Source of the DNA: an uncultured virus (IMG/VR IMGVR_UViG_3300042502_001806) | Taxonomy: Duplodnaviria; Heunggongvirae; Uroviricota; Caudoviricetes | Virus record (IMG/VR): IMGVR_UViG_3300042502_001806 | Length of the DNA: 55,076 nucleotides | Reading direction: 5' to 3' (one strand) | In this document: positions 27,987 through 37,201 of the stretch, in pieces | How positions within the stretch are numbered: the first letter of the stretch is position 1 | Layout: each line of letters opens with the position of its first letter | Position numbers and translations under genes: made by a program | The notes under the pieces: generated by a model | The model's database searches: none | Told to the model about the DNA's origin: nothing | What the model saw: the letters and a program-made list of their open reading frames with translations, nothing else

Positions 27987-30197
27987 ATGAGAAAATTGCT
28001 AACTATGTTATTTTCTGTGATTAGTTTATTTGCTATTTCACAGAACTGTCCTGAATTAGGACCAAATCAGATTTTACCTTGTGGTGTAAATACTGCTATA
28101 TTGACTGCTAACCTAACCGCTTGTGGTGCTGGTACAAATCCAAATCAAACAACTAACTATTCTGTTGCTTCTATTCCTTATGTTGCTCAAACAAATACGG
28201 GAACTCAGTTATTTATGACTGATGATTCACAACAAGGACCTTTTAATATAGGTTTTAACTTTTGTTTCTTTGGTACAACATACACTCAATTTTATATAGG
28301 TTCAAATGGTTGGATATCTTTCTCACCCGCACAACCAACAACATTTAGTTCTCAACTAATACCAACTATCAATCCTTTAGTTCCAAAGAACTGTATTATG
28401 GGTCCTTGGCAAGATTGGCATCCAGGTTTAGGAGGTCAAATTAGATATCAAACGTCTGGTGTTGCTCCTTGTAGAAAACTAACAGTTAGTTGGATTGGGG
28501 TTCCAATGTTCTCTTGTACAGGTAATCAAGGAACATTTCATATAGTTATTTATGAATCTAGTAATAATATTGAAAATCATATTCAAAATAAACCGGCTTG
28601 TTTAGGTTGGCAAGGTGGTACTGCTGTTGAAGGTATACATAACTTAGCGGGTACAATAGGAATTCCAGTACCTGGTAGAAATTCAACTGCTTGGGTTGCT
28701 AATAATGATGCTTGGAAATGGACACCTAGTGGACCAGTAGTTACACCTGTATTAACTTGGTATCAAGTTGGTAATCCAGTTGCTATTGGAACAGGTCCTA
28801 CTATAACTGTAAATCCATTAGTACCAACACAATATACTTGTCATTTTGTTTACCCTATTTGTAATGCGGGTTGGACTTCTTGTAATGCTGGTATTGCTGG
28901 ACCTGGACCAGATACTGTTTTAGTTGTGCCAGGTCCACCTAACATTCTTCTTAATACTTCATTTACCGAACCACTTTGTTTTAATGATTGTAATGGGACA
29001 GCAACTGTTACTCCAATAACAGGAACACCACTATATAATTATTTATGGTCAAATGGTCAAACAACTCAAACTGCTACTAGTTTATGTGCTGGTGTTTATA
29101 GTGTAAATGTAACTGATATAAACGGATGTTCAGCAAATACCACTGTTAATATAACTCAACCAACACAATTGATTTTTGATAGTTTAGTTTTATCTGATGT
29201 TACTTGCTCATTAAATGATGGACAAATTTTTATTTATCCAAATGGTGGAACACCAACATATGATTATTTTATAGATGGTTTAATATCAAATGATACAATT
29301 ACTAATCTTTCTGGTGGTAACTATACAGTTTCTGTAACAGATAATAATGGTTGTACTATAGACTCAATCGTTTTTATTGATTTTCCAACACCTATAAATA
29401 TTTCAGTATCACCGGTTGATACAATTCTTTGTGTTCCAGGTATATTTAACTTTATTAATAACTCTACACCTACTGTTAATATTGTTAGTTCAATAGTAGA
29501 TTATGGTGATGGATTTACTGATAATATATTATCAAATTCCAACTTTACACATACTTATAGTACAGTTGGTATTTGGGATGTTATAGTAACAACGGTTAAT
29601 GATTATGGATGTACATACACACAAACATTTAACAATATAGTAGAAACCGTTTCATTGCCAGTTTCTCAGTTTATGGTTGGACCAAACCCAACAACAATGT
29701 TTGAGACAACTGTTTCTACATTTGATTATTCAGGTCCTAATATTGTGGCTTGGAATTGGTCAGCACCAGGATCTTTAGAACTAACTAGTGGTCTTTCTAA
29801 TCCAAATTTCACATACCCTGAAGGAATTATAGGTCAGTATTTAATTACTCTAACAGTTCAAAATAGCTTAGGTTGTAGTGATTCATCTTCTGTTGTTTTA
29901 ATTGTTAATCCAGATGTATTAACTTATATACCTAATGCTTTCACTCCGGGTGGTGATGAATTCAATTCAACTTGGAAATTCTACTTATCAGGTGTTGATG
30001 AGCAAGATTTCACTATGTCTATATTCAATAGATGGGGTCAAATGATATGGGAATGTCATGATATAAATGGTGAGTGGGATGGATCTTATAATGGGTATTA
30101 TGTTCCAGATGGTTGTTATTTTTGGAAATCTCAGTTTACGGTTTTAAACTCTTCAGAGAAAAGAACTGTTATGGGTTATGTAACTATTATCAGATAA
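27987..30197 (+). CDS. Secreted SprB-repeat/PKD protein with T9SS type B (gliding-motility-associated) C-terminal domain
   Basis: Signal peptide; YLWSNG..L.AG.Y.V.VTD.NGC repeats; IPNAFTP.GD..N..IFNRWG..WDG. Confidence 0.88.
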   Translation: MRKLLTMLFSVISLFAISQNCPELGPNQILPCGVNTAILTANLTACGAGTNPNQTTNYSVASIPYVAQTNTGTQLFMTDDSQQGPFNIGFNFCFFGTTYTQFYIGSNGWISFSPAQPTTFSSQLIPTINPLVPKNCIMGPWQDWHPGLGGQIRYQTSGVAPCRKLTVSWIGVPMFSCTGNQGTFHIVIYESSNNIENHIQNKPACLGWQGGTAVEGIHNLAGTIGIPVPGRNSTAWVANNDAWKWTPSGPVVTPVLTWYQVGNPVAIGTGPTITVNPLVPTQYTCHFVYPICNAGWTSCNAGIAGPGPDTVLVVPGPPNILLNTSFTEPLCFNDCNGTATVTPITGTPLYNYLWSNGQTTQTATSLCAGVYSVNVTDINGCSANTTVNITQPTQLIFDSLVLSDVTCSLNDGQIFIYPNGGTPTYDYFIDGLISNDTITNLSGGNYTVSVTDNNGCTIDSIVFIDFPTPINISVSPVDTILCVPGIFNFINNSTPTVNIVSSIVDYGDGFTDNILSNSNFTHTYSTVGIWDVIVTTVNDYGCTYTQTFNNIVETVSLPVSQFMVGPNPTTMFETTVSTFDYSGPNIVAWNWSAPGSLELTSGLSNPNFTYPEGIIGQYLITLTVQNSLGCSDSSSVVLIVNPDVLTYIPNAFTPGGDEFNSTWKFYLSGVDEQDFTMSIFNRWGQMIWECHDINGEWDGSYNGYYVPDGCYFWKSQFTVLNSSEKRTVMGYVTIIR

Positions 30198-30200
30198 TTC

Positions 30201-30231
30201 TTTGGTATTTATAATTTTTTTACTATCTTTG
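30201..30231 (+). promoter_or_regulatory. Bacteroidetes -33/-7 promoter
   Basis: TTTG-N19-TATCTTTG. Confidence 0.75.
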
Positions 30232-30235
30232 CTTT

Positions 30236-30598
30236 ATGAAGACTGAAAGTGTATTTAACATGATTGATAAAAAGATAATTGAACATCTTGTTGAAGGTCA
30301 TGCTATACCTTTTATTCAGAAGGATCTTAATGATAAGATGAATAAATTCTGTGATAATATTAAACAAGCTGACAAGACAGTGGATCTTTTGAAGCTACTT
30401 ATGATGGAAACAGAAACCATAACTCCTTCAAAGACTAAGTATCAAGTAATGTATATTAAAGTTTGTGCTCAAAGAGTTAAAGACTTAGATTGGTTGATAA
30501 AGAATAAATATAAGTTTCCTGGAAGATCTAATTCTCAAGTATTTAAGTTAATAAAATTAAAAGAAAAACTTTCAATAGAAAACGCTATTTCTTTCTAA
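30236..30598 (+). CDS. Hypothetical protein
   Basis: 120 aa ORF directly after the promoter. Confidence 0.7.
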   Translation: MKTESVFNMIDKKIIEHLVEGHAIPFIQKDLNDKMNKFCDNIKQADKTVDLLKLLMMETETITPSKTKYQVMYIKVCAQRVKDLDWLIKNKYKFPGRSNSQVFKLIKLKEKLSIENAISF

Positions 30599-30602
30599 TT
30601 TA

Positions 30603-30634
30603 TTTGGCAAATTAGGTAGTTTTGCTTATATTTG
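30603..30634 (+). promoter_or_regulatory. Bacteroidetes -33/-7 promoter
   Basis: TTTG-N20-TATATTTG. Confidence 0.75.
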
Positions 30635-30638
30635 TATT

Positions 30639-30872
30639 ATGAAAATCACTACAGAAAATAAAGCAATCCTTTGGTCAATTCTTGAAAAATATGACGGTAT
30701 TTCAGAATATTCAAATTTCTGTGATGCTCTTTCTAGATTTATTCAAAATAAAGTAAATAATACTGATATTCTTGTTGTTTATCAAAGTCTTTTGATTATA
30801 GATATGGTTGATAAGAAAAAAATTGACTCTACTATTGGTGATGAAATCGACGCTTGCTTGTTCTCTATCTAA
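30639..30872 (+). CDS. Hypothetical protein
   Basis: 77 aa ORF directly after the promoter. Confidence 0.7.
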   Translation: MKITTENKAILWSILEKYDGISEYSNFCDALSRFIQNKVNNTDILVVYQSLLIIDMVDKKKIDSTIGDEIDACLFSI

Positions 30873-30958
30873 AAATCATGTAACATCATGATGCCTATTC
30901 TTACTAATAATACTTGAATTTTTTGAAAAATCTTATACTGGATTTTTTATAGAAAAAG

Positions 30959-30984
30959 AAACCTCTCAAATTGAGAGGTTTTTT
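30959..30984. terminator. Bidirectional intrinsic terminator
   Basis: AAACCTCTC-AAATT-GAGAGGTTTTTT. Confidence 0.85.
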
Positions 30985-31723
30985 ACTTTTTTATCCATTC
31001 TTTGAATTTCATAACTGATTCTTTTAGTGATTCTACAAAATCAAACTCTCTAAGAAAATCTCCAAAGTCTTCAAGATAACCTTTCTTACTTTCATCGTTC
31101 TTATCTTTAGTCCATTGCCAGTTAAAAGAAAGAACATCTGGAGTTTTGAATCCAAAGAAACTTAAAACTTGTTTTTCTAACTTAACAGCTTCTTCACCGT
31201 TCCAGTTGTGACCAGTTGCTATAACACCAACTTCTTTATCTTTAAGTAAATTAGATTCACCTAAAGTTGTATGTCTGTTATCTAACCAAGTTAATCTTTC
31301 AACTAACTCACCATATATAGAATTCATTTTACCCCAACGAATTGAACCAAAGAAAATAACTATATCAGCATCAAAAATAGCATTTGCTACTTTATACATT
31401 TCGTCTGATTTATTATTCAAAGATGCCCAACATCTAATGTTACCTGTTGGATTTTTTTCTTTATCATCTAACTTAGCTTCTTTCAATCCACAAGTATTAC
31501 CTCTTTTAGTTGAAACATTTCCTTCACAAGGATATATTTTTAGTTTAGCAACATTAATCAATTGAACTCTATCAGAACCTAACTTTTTAATAAGTTCATC
31601 AGCAATAATAGAAGATTTAGGAAGTTCATTATCACCTTCCCATCTATTTGATGTAGTTAAGAAAACAATTTTCTTATCCTTTTTTTTCTTTAAGTAATTG
31701 TATAATTTCTTTAAGTTATCCAT
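30983..31723 (-). CDS. Flavodoxin-fold / NAD(P)H-dependent FMN reductase-like protein
   Basis: IVFLTTSNR, IYPCEG..C..C, ADIVIFFGSIRWG, ERL; TAATATATA at 31730-31738. Confidence 0.8.
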   Translation of the reverse strand: MDNLKKLYNYLKKKKDKKIVFLTTSNRWEGDNELPKSSIIADELIKKLGSDRVQLINVAKLKIYPCEGNVSTKRGNTCGLKEAKLDDKEKNPTGNIRCWASLNNKSDEMYKVANAIFDADIVIFFGSIRWGKMNSIYGELVERLTWLDNRHTTLGESNLLKDKEVGVIATGHNWNGEEAVKLEKQVLSFFGFKTPDVLSFNWQWTKDKNDESKKGYLEDFGDFLREFDFVESLKESVMKFKEWIKK

Positions 31724-31755
31724 TGAAAGTATATATTAAAATTTATATATAGGAT

Positions 31756-32337
31756 ATGAGATTTTTAAAATATTTTGAATCAAAAGAAACTCCAGAAGAG
31801 TTAATTTTGAAGTATGCGGATGATATTGTAAAGGTTATAACAACTTATTACTCAACTCATACTGGTGGCTTATGTAATCAAATTGATGAGATACTTTGGA
31901 ATACTTCAAATGTAGACTTAGATGGTTGGGAGAATGATGGTGTACTAACTGAAGAAATGATGAGAGGGGTAGTTGAGGATTATAAAGGTTCTTGGTCCAG
32001 GGAAATAGAAAAACTACTTGATGTTTATTATGATTGTAAACATTTTGTTAAATATGTAAATAAAGATTTAGTAGAAGATATAAAAGAGATATTTTTAGAT
32101 TACTCTGATATGGGTAAAGTTGAAGTTTCTAAAACATCTAAATTTAATGACGATAGATATTCTGTAACAATTTATATGAAAGATATATTCTTTAAGATTA
32201 ATTTTGAAGAAGTATTTGGTAGAATAAAAGAATTAGGATTTGAAAGTTATCATGTTGATGGTATTAAAAATGGTAGTTCGGAAAATATGACTATTGATTT
32301 TTGGAAGCCATTACCTAAGGATGAAGATGATGAATAA
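31756..32337 (+). CDS. Hypothetical protein with N-terminal tag
   Basis: MRFLKYFES. Confidence 0.75.
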   Translation: MRFLKYFESKETPEELILKYADDIVKVITTYYSTHTGGLCNQIDEILWNTSNVDLDGWENDGVLTEEMMRGVVEDYKGSWSREIEKLLDVYYDCKHFVKYVNKDLVEDIKEIFLDYSDMGKVEVSKTSKFNDDRYSVTIYMKDIFFKINFEEVFGRIKELGFESYHVDGIKNGSSENMTIDFWKPLPKDEDDE

Positions 32338-32365
32338 AAAAACCCACTCAAAAGTGGGTTTTTTT
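32336..32365. terminator. Bidirectional intrinsic terminator
   Basis: A7-CCCACT-CAAA-AGTGGG-T7. Confidence 0.85.
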
Positions 32366-32366
32366 A

Positions 32367-33341
32367 TTAGTCAATCATATTATTGTCAACTCTATCTTTT
32401 AACTTTTGTATTGCTCTTGTTAACTCACCAGCAACTTGAATAATAACTGGATGATTAAATCCTGAAAGGCTATTTGCTATGCTACTAATATTTCTAACTT
32501 CTGATTCTATTCCTTTTAATTCAGCCTCTAAATCACCGTATATTTTACTTTTATTAGCCTCTGTAATTTCATTCATCTTAGATTCTAACATAGACTCTAA
32601 TTCTTGAACTTTTTTGAATCCAGCTTCTAATTCTTTCTCTCTCTTAGAAAGATCAGCTAAGTCAGAATCAATTTTAGTTTGAAGTTCTGCGTATTTAGAA
32701 TCTACTTCTTTAGCTGATGAAAGAGCAGTTCTATCAAGATTTCTTTCTCTTTCATTTAACTCTTGAATCTTTTCTTGTAAGTCTAATTCTTTTTCAGTTA
32801 TAGTTCTTGTTCTTAATCTTAAATCATCGTCTTTCTTTTCAATTGTTTTAAGATCTAATTTATATTCGTCTTCTCTTTTTTCAACTCTTTTAATTCTGAT
32901 TTCAAGTTCATCTTCTTTATCTTTGATTCTTCTATCTCTTGAATCTAAATCAGTTTCTCTTCTATCTAAATCTCTTTTGAAAGTGTTTAATTCAGATTCT
33001 CTTCTTTCTACATCTTTCATTAAAGCAGGGTCCATAGATGGAACATTATCATGTTGAATTGAAGACATAATCATATCTTCAAAGAAAGGAATTAATTTTT
33101 TACCTAATTGAGCAGGTTGAGGCATTTTTTCAGCTCTCATAAATGTTAATAATTCGGCTTTCCAGTCGATTACCTCGAAAAACTCCGGATTATTATCTAT
33201 GATAGCTCTATCAATAGGAATTAATTCAGTCTTTACCTTATAAATGTACTCTTCTAAGATAGCACCAATTTTAAGAATAAAGATTTTTTTATCTGGACTT
33301 AAATACTGAAACTCCTTTATTACTTTATGTTTAATTTTCAT
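32367..33341 (-). CDS. Long coiled-coil protein
   Basis: Extended L..RE..L heptads; TAATATATA at 33363-33371. Confidence 0.8.
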   Translation of the reverse strand: MKIKHKVIKEFQYLSPDKKIFILKIGAILEEYIYKVKTELIPIDRAIIDNNPEFFEVIDWKAELLTFMRAEKMPQPAQLGKKLIPFFEDMIMSSIQHDNVPSMDPALMKDVERRESELNTFKRDLDRRETDLDSRDRRIKDKEDELEIRIKRVEKREDEYKLDLKTIEKKDDDLRLRTRTITEKELDLQEKIQELNERERNLDRTALSSAKEVDSKYAELQTKIDSDLADLSKREKELEAGFKKVQELESMLESKMNEITEANKSKIYGDLEAELKGIESEVRNISSIANSLSGFNHPVIIQVAGELTRAIQKLKDRVDNNMID

Positions 33342-33412
33342 GTTTCGAAAATGAATTTTATTTATATATTAAAAACCATTGTTTTTGTTTTAATTTTTAG
33401 TATATTTGTAAA

Positions 33413-33877
33413 ATGGTGTCTTTGAATAAAGAATATAATCAAATTGTGAACCTTACTAAATTCAATGTGAATTTTAGTAAGTTTATTCATAATAATGACT
33501 TATTGAGTCATAGTCCAGACTATATTCTTGAAAAATATAATCATTGGATTGGATTTGAACCAACTATTGAGTGTAAATTATATACACCAGATGATATGAC
33601 TGATTTTTTTCTTAAATATTGGAAAAGATGGGGTATATTTGAAGAATATTCTGTGAAAAATATTTTGATGTATCTTTACTCAACTAGAAGTATGAATCTA
33701 GTATTAATGTCTGAGAAGTTTGAAGAGTATATCGGGTCAATGAATATGATATCAGATATACCAGATAAAAAAGGACTACATCATCTAACAGAAAGATTTG
33801 TTGGTGAAGTTTTAGAAAAGAATAAAGACAATGTAAAAGTTGTTTTAAGAGATATGAAAATTGGAAGTATAATATAA
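33413..33877 (+). CDS. Hypothetical protein with C-terminal tag
   Basis: TATATTTG at 33401; ends RDMKIGSII. Confidence 0.75.
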   Translation: MVSLNKEYNQIVNLTKFNVNFSKFIHNNDLLSHSPDYILEKYNHWIGFEPTIECKLYTPDDMTDFFLKYWKRWGIFEEYSVKNILMYLYSTRSMNLVLMSEKFEEYIGSMNMISDIPDKKGLHHLTERFVGEVLEKNKDNVKVVLRDMKIGSII

Positions 33878-34111
33878 GTCAGAGAAGCTATCGCTGGTAG
33901 AAATACTAGAGAAACTTCGACACTACAGAACCTAACACGGGAGAATAAGTAAAGAAATTGAAAGTTCGTTTGTACCGAGGAAGTAGCAACACATACAGAC
34001 TTAGGGTATCGGTTCCCCTTTGATGGTCGGGTTGTGGCAGTCCTTCGGGACCACTGAAAGGTGAGATAAATGATAGCTTAAAGCAAAATGTCGGGTACGC
34101 TCAACTTATAT
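33872..34111 (+). ncRNA. rnpB: Compact RNase P RNA (bacterial A-type catalytic domain, reduced S-domain)
   Basis: P1 ATATAAGT..GAG/CTC.ACTTATAT; P2 AGCTATC/GATAGCT; P3 CTGGTA-GAAA-TACTAG; P4 AC(T)TCGACA/TGTCGGGT with bulged U; P5 CTAC/GTAG followed by CAA; P15 CACA/TGTG with adjacent GGU; AGATAAATGA before the P2 3' strand. Confidence 0.88.
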
Positions 34112-34155
34112 AACTTTCAATTATAAAATAGTAACAAATAAAAAATAAAATAAAT

Positions 34156-34620
34156 ATGAAAATGATTAAATTTTTGATGTTGGCTCTTGTAGCAACAATG
34201 TTCTTAACTTCTTGTACTGAGAACTATTCTAATGGTGAACGTATTGGTATGATTACTAAATTCTCACAAAAAGGTCTTGTTTGGAACTCTTGGGAAGGCT
34301 CACTAAACACAACACAAACTGGTATGAATAGTGCCACTCCTTTTGAGTTCTCAGTTGATAATGATGTGAATGATGCTAAAGTTATCTCTACTTTAGATTC
34401 AGCGGCTACTGAAGGATGGAAAGTTAAAATTAAATATCACGAAACATTTGGTAAGAACTGGCTTTCTAATAGAGGTGAAACTAATTACTTTGTTAAAGAA
34501 GTAGAAGTTTTAGATAGAGACCCAATGGGTAGCGTATTTGGTAACTCAAATAATACAGGTGGTAAAGTTGTTGACACAATCTATGTGGTAATCGTTCCAA
34601 AAGAAAAAGTAATTAAATAA
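34156..34620 (+). CDS. Lipoprotein
   Basis: Lipobox LTSC; YSNGERIG..KFSQKG..WEG. Confidence 0.8.
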   Translation: MKMIKFLMLALVATMFLTSCTENYSNGERIGMITKFSQKGLVWNSWEGSLNTTQTGMNSATPFEFSVDNDVNDAKVISTLDSAATEGWKVKIKYHETFGKNWLSNRGETNYFVKEVEVLDRDPMGSVFGNSNNTGGKVVDTIYVVIVPKEKVIK

Positions 34621-34833
34621 ATGAATATAAGAAAGGGAGATAAGCTTTTATGTACCGAAGATGTGAATAACGTCTTCGGTTGGCCCTTATTTGAAAAAGG
34701 TAAGCAATATGAAGTTCTTTATGTAGATAATGAAAAGGTAAAAACTTATGTCTATATGAACCATAATCTATATGGTAATGAATATATGGAACACGAATTA
34801 CAATGGGTATTAAAAAGATTTAAGAAACAATGA
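34621..34833 (+). CDS. Small beta-barrel-like hypothetical protein
   Basis: KGDKLLC..FEKGKQYEV. Confidence 0.7.
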   Translation: MNIRKGDKLLCTEDVNNVFGWPLFEKGKQYEVLYVDNEKVKTYVYMNHNLYGNEYMEHELQWVLKRFKKQ

Positions 34834-35282
34834 TAAACGATAAAGTGATAATGATTGTAGAAAATCTGATACAATCAACTAAAAACGCAGAGTTAGAATG
34901 GATTAATAAAGGTTCTGTTGATAAAAGAAGTTATCATCGTGAGTATTATGCTATTGCTGAAGATGGTACAAAATACGAGGCAGAAGTTAAGTACACATTA
35001 AGTAATAGTGGTACTTGGGTATTAGAATCTGCTCCTTCTATCTGGGTTAGAAGTGAGAAACTTCCAAATGGTGTTTTCTATATCTATGGTGGTCAATCCG
35101 AATTGAAAGAAATTATTTCCGAATTTAGAAAAGTAATTATGGATAAGTATTGTCAAGATATGAAGCCATCTGAAAAAGTGGTTGAAGATGCTTTAGATGG
35201 TATTGCTAAAGGTATTAGTATATCAACTTATCGTGATAATAAACTAAATAAGATTCTTGGTGTCTTTGGATTAGGTAAATAA
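34830..35282 (+). CDS. Hypothetical protein with C-terminal tag
   Basis: RDNKLNKIL near the C-terminus. Confidence 0.75.
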   Translation: MINDKVIMIVENLIQSTKNAELEWINKGSVDKRSYHREYYAIAEDGTKYEAEVKYTLSNSGTWVLESAPSIWVRSEKLPNGVFYIYGGQSELKEIISEFRKVIMDKYCQDMKPSEKVVEDALDGIAKGISISTYRDNKLNKILGVFGLGK

Positions 35283-35283
35283 T

Positions 35284-35309
35284 AAACTTATTAATTTCCA
35301 TAGAATATA
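35284..35309 (+). promoter_or_regulatory. Putative AAAC-N18-TATA promoter
   Basis: Upstream of the DNA methyltransferase. Confidence 0.55.
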
Positions 35310-35315
35310 ACGTCT

Positions 35316-36131
35316 ATGGAAATTAATGCTATTCATCAAGGTGATTCTTTGGAGTTACTAAAAAAAATACCAGACAACTCTGTTGACTTGGTAATAACAT
35401 CACCACCATATGCCGACTTAAAAGTTTACATAGATAATGGTGGAATCTTAGCCAAAGATTATGTCAATTGGTTTATACCTTATTGTAAGGAAATAGAAAG
35501 AGTTCTTAAACCAACAGGGTCTTTCATCTTAAACATCAATGATAAAGTAGAGAATGGTTTTAGACATCCTTATGTCTTTGACTTAATATCAGAACTACAT
35601 AAACAAACAGGTCTAAAAATGTTTGAGAGATTGTTCTGGAATAAATTAAAAAGTCTTCCTAACAGAGCCAGATTTGGTGATAGAGTAGAATACTTATTTT
35701 GGTTCGCTAAAGAAAAAGGATTCAAGTTTAATCTTGATGAAATGAGAACTGAGTATTCTGAGAAGTCTATTAAAAGAATGACTAAACCTCTAAAGAAAAG
35801 ATTTGCCAGAACTGAAGGTGATGATAATTTAGAGTATAAAGATTGGGCTCCAAATCCAAAAGGTGCTTTACCAACTACATTAGTAAACATTTCATCTGAA
35901 TCAAAAAGAATTGCTGATAATCACGTTGCTGTTTTTCCGGTTGATCTTATTGAATACTTTATTAAAGGAGCTACAGATAAAGGTGACTTAGTTCTAGATA
36001 TTTTTATGGGTACTGGTACAACTGCTGTTGCTGCTAAGAAGTTAGGTAGAAATTACATGGGATTTGAATTACAACAAGATTATATCGATGTTGCGAATAT
36101 AAGAATTGGAGATTATGTTGAGAATAACTAA
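35316..36131 (+). CDS. DNA amino-methyltransferase, beta class (N4-C/N6-A)
   Basis: TSPPY precedes VLDIFMGTGTT; H.AVFP. Confidence 0.93.
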   Translation: MEINAIHQGDSLELLKKIPDNSVDLVITSPPYADLKVYIDNGGILAKDYVNWFIPYCKEIERVLKPTGSFILNINDKVENGFRHPYVFDLISELHKQTGLKMFERLFWNKLKSLPNRARFGDRVEYLFWFAKEKGFKFNLDEMRTEYSEKSIKRMTKPLKKRFARTEGDDNLEYKDWAPNPKGALPTTLVNISSESKRIADNHVAVFPVDLIEYFIKGATDKGDLVLDIFMGTGTTAVAAKKLGRNYMGFELQQDYIDVANIRIGDYVENN

Positions 36132-36408
36132 AAATACAAATAAGATTGTTTCTATACAACTTTGTACAAAGGAAGTAGTGGATCCATCATATAAAAATCC
36201 TGAATTGGATAGTTTTGTTATCATACCGGGTGTGACTCAATATAATCATATTTATTCAACTGGTAATTGGTTAGTATTTGATAGTCACGATAGTTACATT
36301 GGAGTTCAATTCTCAAATGAGTCAGATTTAGATAGATTCTTTACTATGTTGATGAGAGAGATAAAATTAAATCAACTTATAAATGTTGAATCGAAAGGAA
36401 AAAATTAG
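36115..36408 (+). CDS. Hypothetical protein with C-terminal tag
   Basis: ATG 36115; REIKLNQLI; TAG stop. Confidence 0.7.
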   Translation: MLRITKNTNKIVSIQLCTKEVVDPSYKNPELDSFVIIPGVTQYNHIYSTGNWLVFDSHDSYIGVQFSNESDLDRFFTMLMREIKLNQLINVESKGKN

Positions 36409-36424
36409 ACAAATTATTAAGTGA
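36383..36424 (+). CDS. 13-aa tag-only micro-ORF (or gene relic)
   Basis: MLNRKEKIRQIIK; stop overlaps the GTG of the next gene. Confidence 0.4.
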   Translation: MLNRKEKIRQIIK

Positions 36425-36699
36425 AAGTTTATTGTAAAAGAACTTGCTTTGAAAAGAATACAAATGCTTTTCCAGTAAATGGAAAAGAGTATGGTCAAGA
36501 CTATGCTAAATGGGCTTGGGGTAAGATATATGAATGTCATGAACCAAAAGATTATGAAAAACCGGCTACTTATTTAATAATAGAGTCTGAAGTAAAAGAA
36601 TCTTGGTATCCAATAAGTGAGAAGAATTTTAACAAACATTTTGAAACTTTAGACGAACATCGTAATAAGAAAATAGAACAAATTTTAAAAAATGATTAA
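36421..36699 (+). CDS. Small hypothetical protein with C-terminal tag
   Basis: KVYCK..GKIYE; ends RNKKIEQILKND. Confidence 0.75.
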   Translation: MKVYCKRTCFEKNTNAFPVNGKEYGQDYAKWAWGKIYECHEPKDYEKPATYLIIESEVKESWYPISEKNFNKHFETLDEHRNKKIEQILKND

Positions 36700-37201
36700 A
36701 GAAATACCAAATTATTTAACCGAACATGAATGTAGCATGTTGATTGGATTAGGAGAGTCTGGTCAATTAGATGCTGGTCGTGTATCTAATCATAAGTTGG
36801 CTTATAGAAAAGCCAGAGTTACTTGGTTAAAAACACAATCACCTTTAGTTGATAAAATTAAAAGTGATGTTGCTGAATTAACAGGATATCCAGTTGAAAA
36901 TCAAGAAGATTTTCACTTTGTTAAATATAACACTGATGGTGAATACAAAGTACACACTGATGGTAAAGATAGACCAAAAACTGCTTTAGTTTATTTAAAT
37001 GATGGATTTGTTGGTGGTGAAACTGAGTTTCCAAAATTAAATACTATCATAAAGCCAGAAATTGGAAAGTTAGTGATATGGGACAATACTTTAGAAGATG
37101 GATCAAGTGATCCTAATAGTTTACATGCTGGATTGCCTGTAATTGTTGGTACTAAATACATTGGTGTTATTTGGATAAGAGGAGAAAAATATAAAAAATG
37201 A
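36692..37201 (+). CDS. 2OG-Fe(II) oxygenase, prolyl 4-hydroxylase-like
   Basis: HTD, YLND...GGET.F, HAGLPV..G.K. Confidence 0.9.
   Translation: MIKEIPNYLTEHECSMLIGLGESGQLDAGRVSNHKLAYRKARVTWLKTQSPLVDKIKSDVAELTGYPVENQEDFHFVKYNTDGEYKVHTDGKDRPKTALVYLNDGFVGGETEFPKLNTIIKPEIGKLVIWDNTLEDGSSDPNSLHAGLPVIVGTKYIGVIWIRGEKYKK

Noticed and set aside
33872..34111. tmRNA, group I intron or riboswitch
   Set aside because: No tRNA-Ala-like ends or tag ORF, and it does not interrupt a gene; helix order and conserved joins fit RNase P.
35316..36131. Restriction-modification system
   Set aside because: No recognisable endonuclease adjacent; treated as an orphan methyltransferase.
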